A stretch of DNA of 64,000 nt from Pseudomonadota bacterium (lineage in GTDB: Bacteria > Bdellovibrionota_C > UBA2361 > OMII01), in the NCBI GenBank assembly GCA_038134595.1, contig JAYPVM010000004.1:157882-221881 (forward strand), read 5' to 3'. Positions 9,762 through 19,784 of this stretch are shown in pieces. The position numbers and the translations under genes were made by a program. The stretch's first letter is position 1. Every line of letters begins with the position of its first letter. The notes beneath the pieces were generated by a model. That model ran no database searches and was not told the DNA's origin. It saw only the letters and a list, made by a program, of their open reading frames with translations.

Positions 9762-10430
9762 ATGAAGCAGTATTCCACATCTCAGGAAGAAGATGCCGTG
9801 GGGCTCCGATTTGCGTTTCGCCCCGGAGCCAATTCAGAGTCTCCCGTAGTGTTATTTATTCATGGACGGGCGGGAAATCGAGATGTTATGTGGGCTTTTC
9901 AGAGAACTATTCCTGCCGATTTTGCCATTGTTGCATTCGAAGCCTTTACCACCGATTCAATCGGAGGGTATTCGTGGTGGGATATGTCTCAGAAAGGCAC
10001 TCTGCATGAGGCAATTCCCCACGCGGCGAAACGACTAAGTTCTGCGTGGAATGCCTTTAGAGATTTAAAGGTATTGTCGCCATCGAAAGTTATAGCTGTG
10101 GGTTTTTCTCAGGGGGCAATACTCATTTCAGCAAGTGCGTTCATGGGGGATTGCGCGTTTGATGGAATTGGCTTACTGGCAGGTTTTCCGTATGTGGATG
10201 AGGAGAGATTTAATCCTATTAAAATCCCTTCGGTTTTTATGGCAAACGGAACAGATGACACAATTATACCAATTGAACGCGCAAGAGAGGGACGCAGTCG
10301 CTTGGAAAGCCGGGGGATTTTTCCGGAGTTGGTGGAAGAACAGGTTGGGCATAAGCTTGGCGTTCAGGGCATGAAGGCATTGAAGCAATGGATTGTGGAC
10401 TTTGGCGGTAGCACGCAAGAACCGCAATAG
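9762..10430 (+). CDS. Phospholipase/carboxylesterase family alpha/beta hydrolase
   Basis: LFIHGRAG, GFSQG, GTDDTIIP, GH triad motifs. ATG at 9762 after an AAGGAAG RBS preferred to the track start. Confidence 0.85.
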   Translation: MKQYSTSQEEDAVGLRFAFRPGANSESPVVLFIHGRAGNRDVMWAFQRTIPADFAIVAFEAFTTDSIGGYSWWDMSQKGTLHEAIPHAAKRLSSAWNAFRDLKVLSPSKVIAVGFSQGAILISASAFMGDCAFDGIGLLAGFPYVDEERFNPIKIPSVFMANGTDDTIIPIERAREGRSRLESRGIFPELVEEQVGHKLGVQGMKALKQWIVDFGGSTQEPQ

Positions 10431-10667
10431 TTTGGTATTACGGTGTCAGAAATCTAATCGCGGCAATCGCGCGCCATCGCCCTAACCATCTGATATCAAA
10501 GCATTATATGGTCTTGTGCGGTGCTTTCGCAGAGCCTTGAAGTTATCAATATTTACTCTGCTGAGAGTTCTTTTTTGGGTAAAGCCGCATCTTAACATAT
10601 TGAAACCGTGACGAATATCTGTTTTCAAGGGATACGTGTTGCAAGCGTAGCAGAAGGGCGCTAGACG

Positions 10668-11585
10668 ATGAGCATTACAAGTCTCGACAAAGTCATAAAT
10701 ACGAATTTTCTGGCGAAGCTCGCGAAAGTCAGTGGGGGATCTCAAAGCGCATCTCCGCTGGGACAGGGTGCTGCTTCGAGTACGAGTCTCTCTCCGCAAG
10801 TGTTGTACGATTCGATTCGAGCAGGAGCTCGTAACTTTGCGGCGGGTTTTCAGCTGCTTAATGCTAGTGCAACTTTTGTGAATATCTCACTAGATACCAA
10901 CGAAAGACTCTTAGATATCGTTGGAGATCTCCAAAATCTGACAAAAAAGGCCAACAAGGGAAACATATCAGGAACACAAGCTCGAAAGATGAGAGCTGAG
11001 TTTGATGAACTCGCGGACCGATTTGACAAGTTGATCGAGGACGCAACGGAGGGGAAACAAGATTATTTTGACCCGAAGGAGCTCGAAGATGTGCTTGTTC
11101 GCGCGGGACTGGACAAGCAGAAAGTAACCGAGCTTGCGGTCAATTTACGAAAGTTTGTTTCTCCTGCAGAGCAAAATCTGGATTCAGACGGAAACGTCAC
11201 CAATACCGGAAATCCGGTACCTCTCACTGAGTTTCAGAAGGCGCTACGGACCGCTGTGGTTGATCCAGACGATCCGAGTGACGACAGGTCGGGCTTCTTC
11301 ACAAAGATAGGAAAGACCCTACAGAACTTACAGTTAAAGCTTGAGGGTAATATCAAGTCTCTAAAGGATACAGCCTCGTTGGTGGGAGAGAATATCACTC
11401 TTACTCGAGCGGCAGGATTTGCGTTTCTGGACGTTTCAAATGAGATGACAGGCCTAGAATCGGCTGAGGAGATTGTAGCAGATATTCAAAAGCGAATTCG
11501 CCAAGATGCCGCTACATCACTTCCGCAGGTAAAAAATCTTGAAAACATAATGATTGCAGGTTTGGCTACGTTGCTTGAAAAATAG
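10668..11585 (+). CDS. Highly divergent flagellin-like protein
   Basis: N-terminal VINTN; helical block GARNFAAGFQLLNASATFVN...LQNLTKKANKGNISGTQARKMRAEFDELADRFDKLI resembles flagellin D1; C-terminal IRQDAATSLPQVKNL...LL resembles D0. Confidence 0.6.
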   Translation: MSITSLDKVINTNFLAKLAKVSGGSQSASPLGQGAASSTSLSPQVLYDSIRAGARNFAAGFQLLNASATFVNISLDTNERLLDIVGDLQNLTKKANKGNISGTQARKMRAEFDELADRFDKLIEDATEGKQDYFDPKELEDVLVRAGLDKQKVTELAVNLRKFVSPAEQNLDSDGNVTNTGNPVPLTEFQKALRTAVVDPDDPSDDRSGFFTKIGKTLQNLQLKLEGNIKSLKDTASLVGENITLTRAAGFAFLDVSNEMTGLESAEEIVADIQKRIRQDAATSLPQVKNLENIMIAGLATLLEK

Positions 11586-11854
11586 CCTCTCACAAAAAAG
11601 AGAAAGAGTGTATAATGACCCGATTTGATTGTATAAATGCACATCTCTGGGAGATGCAATGAGCAAAAGAGCCGCTGGTTGTCGAGTCGACCCAAGGCGG
11701 TATTAGGAGCGAGATAGAAAAAAACGGTGAGGTCTCTCGGCAATAATGGCAAGAAATACTTAGCTTAGGTAGAAAAGAAGCCGTTAACCCCTTGAAGGCT
11801 TTCGTGCATTTGATAACCTTTTGAGCTGATGTGATTTTTAAATACGTGGGTACT

Positions 11855-14635
11855 ATGGCAAGCGAACGTTTTTCACTTTTTGGTCCAAACGCAGGCTATC
11901 TAGAGGAGCTCTATGCGTTATACAAGGCAGACCCACAGGTTGTTGATCCGGCTTGGAGGTTGTTTTTCGAGAGATCGGGAGTAGAGGGTAAGACCAATGG
12001 TAGCCATAATGGCGACGCTGTTGTTCGTCAGCAAGCTGGTGTTGCGAGTAGCGATACAGGTGATGGTAGCCACAGATATCTCATCAACGATATAAGGGCT
12101 GTGTTTCGTAGGTTAGGCCATCGGTGTGCGTCGCTTAGTCCGGTTGTGGCAGGAGGTATTGAAGCTCAATCGTATCAGGAAATACTGTTCGCCGAGCTAG
12201 GTGACGAGCTTAATCAGGAGCTACTTCAGTCACGTGTATCGGCTAGTGTTTTGGGAAAACGGTGCGAAACAGTTGAAGATGTAATTTCTGCGTATGCTCA
12301 AAATTATTGTGCAACAATAGGTTTTGAAGTCGAACACATCTCGGATAAGGCTGAGCGAGATTGGCTTTATGAGCGGATTGAAGACCCGAAGCGCTTTAGG
12401 AGTGTTGAGGAGCAGGATGTCCGCCGAGAGATCTTTAGCAGGCTCTCTCAGGGAGATCTGCTAGAAGCTGAATTGCATCGCAAATATGTTGGTGCTAAGC
12501 GGTTTTCACTAGAAGGCACCGAGACGCTTATCCCTGTTTTATCGGTCATGCTTGATTCCTGTGTTGAATCAGGGATACGTGAAGTTGTTTTTGGTATGGC
12601 GCATCGAGGACGTTTAAGCGTGTTGGTTAATATCCTTGGTAAGCCCCTTACTTCGCTATTTTTGGAATTTGAAGATAGGACCAAGACAACGATTACCGGT
12701 GCTGGTGACGTGAAATATCATATGGGATTTGCCGGAACACATGAATCGTCTCACGGTGCTGTGCGCACAAAACTTCTGCCAAATCCATCTCACCTTGAGT
12801 ATGTCAATCCGGTAGTAGAGGGGGTAGTGCGAGCCACCCAGGACGCTGACTATGGATCCGATAGGAAGGTAGTCATGCCCGTTCTCATGCATGGAGACGC
12901 TGCGTTTGCTGGACAGGGCATTGTATATGAGTGTCTCAATTTTGCGGGAGTAGAGGGGTATACGACCGGAGGTACGTTACACATTGTTATTAATAATCAA
13001 ATAGGTTTCACGACTACTCCTGAAGAATCGCGCTCAACGAGGTACTGTACTGACCTTGCAAAAGGTCTAGATGTTCCGGTTTTTCATGTTAACGCGGAAG
13101 ATCCCGAGGCAGCTTGCTGGGTTGCTCAGTTGGCAGTCGAATATAGAAATACATTTGGAAAAGATGTGATCATTGATCTGATTGGATTTCGAAAGTACGG
13201 GCACAATGAAGGAGACGATCCTAGTTTTACGCAGCCTCTCATGTATGCAGAGCTAAAGGATAGGGAGCCTCTATGGCTGCGATATGGTCGGTCACTCGTT
13301 GAGAGCGGAGTGCTTGCGGAGGACGAATTCCTTTCGACACCTGACCGATATAAAGAGCATTTTAACCAAAAGTATGATCTCATAAAAGAAGTGGAGGTGT
13401 TCACCACGAATGCGCCTAATCCCGATGTGGCGATTGAGGAGGTAGACACTACCTTCCCCGCCAGCGATATCGAGAAATTGGCAAATTTGTTAATCGATTT
13501 TCCTAGCGATTTTAACCCTCATCCAAAACTATCACGTATTCTTGAAAAGCGTTCGCAAGCAGTGCTGGACGGTGGTGCTATTGAGTGGGGAATGGCGGAG
13601 GCGTTAGCTTTCGGTTCTCTGATTGAAGATGGAGTCTCAATACGACTAAGCGGTCAGGATTGTCGTCGCGGAACATTTAGTCATCGACACCTCGTGCTAG
13701 ATGACCACGAAACATTACGATGCTGGAGCCCACTTGAGGAGCGAGCGAAGTTCCTCTCGAATGGCGCACGTTTTGAGATTCATAATAGCACTCTTTCAGA
13801 GGCCGGTGTTTTAGGGTTTGAATTTGGATATGCGGCGCATGATAAGAAGGGTCTGATATTGTGGGAAGCGCAGTTTGGGGACTTTGCTAATGGCGCACAG
13901 GGCTTGATCGACCAATTTGTCTCGAGTTCTGAGATGAAATGGGGACAGCTTTCAGGCGTAGTCCTGCTTTTGCCTCATGGATACGAAGGACAGGGGCCGG
14001 AACACTCAAGCGCCCGCTTAGAGAGGTTCTTGCAGTTGTGTGCTCAGCAGAACATGGCGGTATGCTATCCGTCGAATGCAAAGCAGTATTACCATTTATT
14101 GCGAAGACAGGGATTGACCAGCGAGAAGCGACCATTGGTTATTATGACTCCGAAGAGTCTCTTGAGAGCTCCGCAGGCTATGAGTCAGGTGGCAGATTTT
14201 ACTGAAGGGGCGTTTGAACCAATTGTGGTTGATCCGTTGGTTTCAGATAAAAGTGCTAAAACTAATAAGGGATCAGTGCTAATATGTACATCGGGGAAGG
14301 TGTATTACGATCTCTGTGACGCGTTAAAAGAGCAAGTGGCAGTTAATTACCAACTCGTTAGAATCGAGGAGTTGTATCCTTTTCCAGAAAAACTGCTTCA
14401 AGATTGCGCGACAAAGGCGGGAGCCAGAGCTGTTGTGTGGGTGCAGGAGGAGCATAAGAATCAAGGTGCATGGAGTTACATCGAGCCACGATTACGGGAG
14501 ACGCTCAAATTGGATATTTCTTATTGCGGACGAGATGAATCAGCATCTACTGCAACGGGATCAGCAACATATCATGCAGGTGAACAGCGCGCCGTTGTTG
14601 CGAGTCTGTTAGATAAACTCTCTGGCCTTTCGTAA
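11855..14635 (+). CDS. sucA: 2-oxoglutarate dehydrogenase E1
   Basis: KRFSLEG, GMAHRGRL, GDVKYHMG, NPSHLE, HGDAAFAGQG, GHNEGDDP, WEAQFGDFANGAQ, GPEHSSARLERFLQ. Confidence 0.98.
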   Translation: MASERFSLFGPNAGYLEELYALYKADPQVVDPAWRLFFERSGVEGKTNGSHNGDAVVRQQAGVASSDTGDGSHRYLINDIRAVFRRLGHRCASLSPVVAGGIEAQSYQEILFAELGDELNQELLQSRVSASVLGKRCETVEDVISAYAQNYCATIGFEVEHISDKAERDWLYERIEDPKRFRSVEEQDVRREIFSRLSQGDLLEAELHRKYVGAKRFSLEGTETLIPVLSVMLDSCVESGIREVVFGMAHRGRLSVLVNILGKPLTSLFLEFEDRTKTTITGAGDVKYHMGFAGTHESSHGAVRTKLLPNPSHLEYVNPVVEGVVRATQDADYGSDRKVVMPVLMHGDAAFAGQGIVYECLNFAGVEGYTTGGTLHIVINNQIGFTTTPEESRSTRYCTDLAKGLDVPVFHVNAEDPEAACWVAQLAVEYRNTFGKDVIIDLIGFRKYGHNEGDDPSFTQPLMYAELKDREPLWLRYGRSLVESGVLAEDEFLSTPDRYKEHFNQKYDLIKEVEVFTTNAPNPDVAIEEVDTTFPASDIEKLANLLIDFPSDFNPHPKLSRILEKRSQAVLDGGAIEWGMAEALAFGSLIEDGVSIRLSGQDCRRGTFSHRHLVLDDHETLRCWSPLEERAKFLSNGARFEIHNSTLSEAGVLGFEFGYAAHDKKGLILWEAQFGDFANGAQGLIDQFVSSSEMKWGQLSGVVLLLPHGYEGQGPEHSSARLERFLQLCAQQNMAVCYPSNAKQYYHLLRRQGLTSEKRPLVIMTPKSLLRAPQAMSQVADFTEGAFEPIVVDPLVSDKSAKTNKGSVLICTSGKVYYDLCDALKEQVAVNYQLVRIEELYPFPEKLLQDCATKAGARAVVWVQEEHKNQGAWSYIEPRLRETLKLDISYCGRDESASTATGSATYHAGEQRAVVASLLDKLSGLS

Positions 14636-14761
14636 TCAGCATACATTCCTCCATTGTCGGACGCCATGAGATAGCGAGGTCGTGACAAAGAGTATTTTTG
14701 TCAGAAAAAGATACTACTTTTCCCTCGCAACCGACGTTTAGTCTGTGTACAGTAACTAGCT

Positions 14762-16156
14762 ATGCTGACCATCTTCTACGATCTTGAAACTTCAGACCGC
14801 AATCCCATTGGGCAGATTATTAATTACTGCTTCATTCTTGTTGACGAGCAGTATGAGATTCTAGATGAATTGTCGGGCTTGGTGCGACTTTCTCGGCTTC
14901 AAATTCCCGATCCGGGTGCTATTCTGGCCAATAGAACAAATGTCATTGAGCATCAAAAGACAGCGAGTGAAAGCGAGCCGAGTGCAATGGCTAAAATTAG
15001 AGACTTCATTCAAAGCTGTATTCTAAGAGCTGGAGGAGCTGTGGCGCTTGCCGGGTACAATTCTTCCCGTTTTGATCTGGGCTACCTTCGAACATCTTTT
15101 ATACGAAATGGCATTAATCCATATTTTAAGAATCAAATTATCCCCCGAGATCTTTTACACGTCGTACAGAAGGCGTATTTAACAAGCGAAGCGTTTCGCG
15201 GAGCGATTCAAGAACAGAGGAAAAATGACGCCAAGCTCTCTCTTTCTCTTGAAACCGTCGGGCATGCGCTTGGACTGCTATCGGGCGTTCAAATACACGA
15301 ATCCCGGGAAGATGTGGTTCTCACGATAGAGGTGGCGCGCAGAATCCGAGAGATCTGTGGACTGGATGTGACGACCTTTGATGGATATGAGGGTGCTCGG
15401 GTACATTCTACTGCGGGTTCTGGGGCGGTGTATCTGATTAGTCGCCCAGAGTATGATCTTTCAGAGTCGGCGTATGTATCGAAAACACCGATGGCCATTT
15501 TAGACGCTAATCACAAGGCAGCGCTATGGATCGACCTTGATGCATATGCGATGAAGCCTGATAGGACGGCGATAGCATGGCGCAGTAGTGGCAAGCATGC
15601 GTTTTTTATGTCTCAACAGTCAGTTGCGGATGCTTCGTTGCAGGATGTAGCGAGACGCGCTGTGCGACAATTCAAGGGCATTTCTCTCTACAACTTTTTT
15701 GAAAAAAGTACGTGCGATATCGAAATGGATATCTATCGAATGGGTTTTGATGCGCAAGCTTTATTTGAGCAGGCGGTTGCAAAAAATGATAAAAGCATCT
15801 TATCAGAATCTGTTACTAAAGAGCCGATGATTCTTTGGGTGCGGCGACAATTAGCAAGTGAGGCAACTTCGATAAACGATCCGAAAACAGCCGAAATATT
15901 ACGTAAGTACGCCTTGTATCGCTATGGAGGGAAGTTTCAACTTGTCAAGAAGGCTTCACAAAACAGGGAGCAGCATGAGCAGTTTAACGAATCGCTCGGC
16001 TGTACTGTACAGCGTTTGTTGCACCTAAAGGAAGCTGCTGTCATGCAGGATTGCGTAGATGACGAGAAACTCCTTGGCGCCTTGGAGTGCTATATAAGAC
16101 AATCTGATATTTATGCAGTTGCAGGGGCAGAGCTCATCCCTATGTGGGCTTCTTAG
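14762..16156 (+). CDS. DEDDh 3'-5' exonuclease, exonuclease I (SbcB)-like N-terminal domain
   Basis: ExoI FYDLETS, ExoII GYNSSRFD, ExoIII HESREDV; C-terminal half not recognised. Confidence 0.75.
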   Translation: MLTIFYDLETSDRNPIGQIINYCFILVDEQYEILDELSGLVRLSRLQIPDPGAILANRTNVIEHQKTASESEPSAMAKIRDFIQSCILRAGGAVALAGYNSSRFDLGYLRTSFIRNGINPYFKNQIIPRDLLHVVQKAYLTSEAFRGAIQEQRKNDAKLSLSLETVGHALGLLSGVQIHESREDVVLTIEVARRIREICGLDVTTFDGYEGARVHSTAGSGAVYLISRPEYDLSESAYVSKTPMAILDANHKAALWIDLDAYAMKPDRTAIAWRSSGKHAFFMSQQSVADASLQDVARRAVRQFKGISLYNFFEKSTCDIEMDIYRMGFDAQALFEQAVAKNDKSILSESVTKEPMILWVRRQLASEATSINDPKTAEILRKYALYRYGGKFQLVKKASQNREQHEQFNESLGCTVQRLLHLKEAAVMQDCVDDEKLLGALECYIRQSDIYAVAGAELIPMWAS

Positions 16157-16311
16157 AGTGTCGAATAGGCGCAATTTTTTGAAATAAATGAACTAACTCT
16201 TGAGAGATTGTGTGTGTGTGAGTAGTATGGCGAGAGCATCGACGCACTTGACCAACTATGCGGTTACACAAGGGATGTCGCAAAAAATAATACCTTTTCG
16301 CTGGATGATTT

Positions 16312-19300
16312 GTGACGCAATTTTGCCACCTACATTTGCATACTCAGTATAGCCTCTTGGATGGTGCCAATAAGGTTCAAGAAGTCATTACGAGAGCGGC
16401 GAATCTCGGCCAAAATGCGATTGCTATGACCGACCATGGCAACATGCATGGAGCAGTAGAGTTTTACTCGCTTGCTAAGTCTGTCGGCATTAAGCCGATT
16501 ATCGGTTGCGAGCTGTATGTGACCCCCGGCTCTCGATTCGAACGCAAGATGCGTGCGCAGGGTGGGTCGGGCACGTGTCACCTCACGGTCTTAGCCGCGA
16601 ATAAGGTGGGATACCACAATTTGTGCAAGCTATCGAGTCTGGCATTTAAGGAAGGATTTTACTTTAAACCGCGTGTGGATCACGAGTTGTTACAGCGATA
16701 CTCGGAAGGCTTGATAGTTTTAAGTGGCTGCCTGGCTGGGGAGTTATCGCAGGCGACCAAGGTCGATGATGATTCCGGGGCAAAAGAAGTCGTTGAGTTT
16801 TATGCAAATACCTTTAAGGACCGCTTTTACCTTGAGTTGCAACCGCACCCTATTCCAGATCAAGAAAGGCACAATAAAGCTGTTATCGATCTAGCAACTA
16901 GCTTCGGTATTCCACTGGTTGCGACAACCGATTGTCACTATCTAGAGCGAGATGATCACTTTGCACAAGAGGTGCTTATGTGTGTGTCTACGGGTAAAAC
17001 TGTGGCAGATCCAGACAGATTGCGTCATGAAGGTTTTACGCTCCATCTAAAAACAGAAGCAGAGATGCTTGAAGAATTCGCTGGTTACAAACAGGGAGCC
17101 GAAGCGGTTAGAAATAGTGGCTTGATCGCTTCCCAATGTGATCTATCACTCGAGTCGAACACCTATTATATGCCTCAATTTAGTACCGATGATAATCGAG
17201 AATTGATCGATATCATGAGTGAGATGGCGCGCAAGGGGCTCGACAAACGTATTGAGGTGTTAGCTGCTTCGGCAGACTGGGATAGCACTTCAGTTCAAAA
17301 ATACAAAGAACGGCTGGAAACCGAACTTGATTTGATAGGCACTATGGGGTTTGCGGGATATTTTCTCGTCGTGTCTGATTTTATCGTGTGGGCAAAAGAC
17401 AATGGTATTCCTGTTGGTCCTGGCCGAGGATCAGTCGCTGGTTCACTGGTTGCCTATGCCCTGAGAATTACCGAGGTTGATCCGATATCAAACAAGTTGT
17501 TTTTCGAGCGGTTTTTGAATCCAGAGCGGATCAGTATGCCGGATATCGATGTCGATTTTTGTATCCACGGTAGAGAGCGAGTGATTCGTTACGTAGTCGA
17601 AAAATATGGGAAAGAAAAAGTAGCGCAAATCGCAACCTTCGGAACCTTGAAAGCGAAGGCCGCTATTAAAGATGTGGGAAGAGCATTGGGGATGAGCTAT
17701 GCAGAGACAGACCGCATCGCTCAGTTAATACCAGCCCCTCGACAAGGCTTTGATTATCCCATCGCCGAAGCGCTTAAGATGGAACCTCAGTTAGCGGCCT
17801 ATGCCGATGGGGAGGGAAGAGATCTTATCGAATTAGCAATTAAGCTCGAAGGGCTTACGAGGCATGTTTCGACCCATGCGGCGGGAGTAGTCATTGGGGA
17901 TAGGCCTCTTGATGAAATCCTTCCGATGATGGTCGACAAGGATGGAAACGATGTCACGCAGTATTCAATGACATACGTAGAGAAGGTTGGACTCGTTAAA
18001 TTCGACTTTCTAGGATTAAAGACTCTGACTGTTTTGCACACAGCGCTTCAGATTATCAGGGAGAGTCGTGGTGTAGATATTGATCTAAATACACTGCCAC
18101 TCGATGACCCAAAAACGTACACGCTTTTATGCGCAGGAAATACAACAGGAGTCTTTCAGTTAGAGTCGACAGGTATTACCGAAATGGTAATACGATTAAA
18201 ACCGAGTTGTTTCGATGATATCGTAGCTATTTTAGCTCTCTACCGACCTGGCCCGCTCGATGCTGGTATGGTTGATCATTACATTGAGCGAAAGCATGGC
18301 AGGGAGCCGATATCGTACTTGCATCCAAAGATGGAGGATATTTTATCTGATACCTATGGAGTTATCCTTTATCAGGAACAGATAATGCAGTTGGCGCAGG
18401 TATTGTCTGGGTACTCGTTAGGCGAAGCGGATATTCTTCGAAAGGCGATGGGGAAAAAGAATCCCGAGGAGATGGCCAAGCAGCGCGATCGGTTCATCAC
18501 GGGATGTATCAAACAGGACATAGAGGAAAAGTTAGCAGATGAAATATTCCAACAGATGGAAACATTTGCGCGTTACGGTTTCAATAGAAGTCACACGGCG
18601 GCATATGCGTTAGTTTCATTTCAGACTGCTTATTTGAAGGCACACTATGGTGTCGAATTTATGGCGGCATTAATGACGCATGACATGGAGGATAGTGATA
18701 AGACTTTTAAGAATTTTAACGAATGTCGACGACGAAAAATAACGGTTCGAGCTCCGGACATAAATGAGAGTTTGGCGAGTTTTTCAGTTCGAGAGGATAC
18801 TATTCTTTTTGGGTTGGCTGCGGTTAAGGCGACGGGACATAAGGCAGTAGATGCGATTCTGGCTGCAAGAAAGGAGGGGCCATTTGCGGATTTAGAGGAC
18901 TTATTATCGCGCGTTGATCTCTCGCAAATCAATCGCCGCAATATTGAAAACCTTATTAAGAGTGGTGCATTTGATGGTACGGGAGCATCGCGGAGAGGTA
19001 TGCTTGAAGAGCTTGAAGATCTGATGAAGATCTTTGCTAGTCGGAAGAACGAGGATCCAAACCAGATTTCTCTTTTTGGAGAGGTAGAGTCAAAGCCTGT
19101 ATTGAGTAGACGTAGTACAAATCTTCCAGAATGGCCGATTAATCAGAAATTGTCCTATGAGAGAGAGGCTCTCGGATTTTACATTTCAGGGCATCCACTT
19201 GAGAAATTCCAATGGGATTTGAAACGGCTAGGAGCCGTTTCTACAGCGGATGTAAAAGCCAAGGGGAAGCGAGATGTTCGAATCGGCGGTGTGATAACGG

Positions 19301-19776
19301 CCCTGCGGCTTCGAAATACAAAGCGTGGAGACCGTTACGCAAGTTTTGCTCTAGAAGACTGGTTAGGTACGATTGATACGCTTGTGTGGCCTGATACCTA
19401 TCGCCTTATTCAAGACTTATTGGTTGCCGATGAGCCAGTTATGATTACCGGTCGGGCGGAGGTGACTCCAGAGCGTTGCTCGCTTGTTGTCGATAAGATG
19501 GAGTCTTTAATACAGCTAAGAGACAGAAATGCCACGCAGGGATTTTTGCTTTTAAATGGCGGAGACGATTTTGAGTCAAAATTAGAGAGGATTCAGAGCA
19601 TCTTTAAGAGCCATAGTGGGAGTTGTCCGATTAAGGTGAGGATGAAGCTCGAGCAGAGAGAGGTTTCAATTGTGTTGCGAGATGGAATGAATGCGCCAGT
19701 GTGTGTTCTTCCATCTGAAGCCCTCTGTGAGGAGGTAGAACAATTGTTTGGGCGACCTGTGCTCACGTTTCTTTAG
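16312..19776 (+). CDS. dnaE: DNA polymerase III alpha subunit
   Basis: PHP HLHLHTQYSLLDG/TDHGN, GPGRGS, FERFLNPERISMPDIDVDF, KFDFLGL, YGFNRSH, C-terminal OB fold. Confidence 0.99.
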   Translation: MTQFCHLHLHTQYSLLDGANKVQEVITRAANLGQNAIAMTDHGNMHGAVEFYSLAKSVGIKPIIGCELYVTPGSRFERKMRAQGGSGTCHLTVLAANKVGYHNLCKLSSLAFKEGFYFKPRVDHELLQRYSEGLIVLSGCLAGELSQATKVDDDSGAKEVVEFYANTFKDRFYLELQPHPIPDQERHNKAVIDLATSFGIPLVATTDCHYLERDDHFAQEVLMCVSTGKTVADPDRLRHEGFTLHLKTEAEMLEEFAGYKQGAEAVRNSGLIASQCDLSLESNTYYMPQFSTDDNRELIDIMSEMARKGLDKRIEVLAASADWDSTSVQKYKERLETELDLIGTMGFAGYFLVVSDFIVWAKDNGIPVGPGRGSVAGSLVAYALRITEVDPISNKLFFERFLNPERISMPDIDVDFCIHGRERVIRYVVEKYGKEKVAQIATFGTLKAKAAIKDVGRALGMSYAETDRIAQLIPAPRQGFDYPIAEALKMEPQLAAYADGEGRDLIELAIKLEGLTRHVSTHAAGVVIGDRPLDEILPMMVDKDGNDVTQYSMTYVEKVGLVKFDFLGLKTLTVLHTALQIIRESRGVDIDLNTLPLDDPKTYTLLCAGNTTGVFQLESTGITEMVIRLKPSCFDDIVAILALYRPGPLDAGMVDHYIERKHGREPISYLHPKMEDILSDTYGVILYQEQIMQLAQVLSGYSLGEADILRKAMGKKNPEEMAKQRDRFITGCIKQDIEEKLADEIFQQMETFARYGFNRSHTAAYALVSFQTAYLKAHYGVEFMAALMTHDMEDSDKTFKNFNECRRRKITVRAPDINESLASFSVREDTILFGLAAVKATGHKAVDAILAARKEGPFADLEDLLSRVDLSQINRRNIENLIKSGAFDGTGASRRGMLEELEDLMKIFASRKNEDPNQISLFGEVESKPVLSRRSTNLPEWPINQKLSYEREALGFYISGHPLEKFQWDLKRLGAVSTADVKAKGKRDVRIGGVITALRLRNTKRGDRYASFALEDWLGTIDTLVWPDTYRLIQDLLVADEPVMITGRAEVTPERCSLVVDKMESLIQLRDRNATQGFLLLNGGDDFESKLERIQSIFKSHSGSCPIKVRMKLEQREVSIVLRDGMNAPVCVLPSEALCEEVEQLFGRPVLTFL

Positions 19777-19784
19777 GGATTGGT

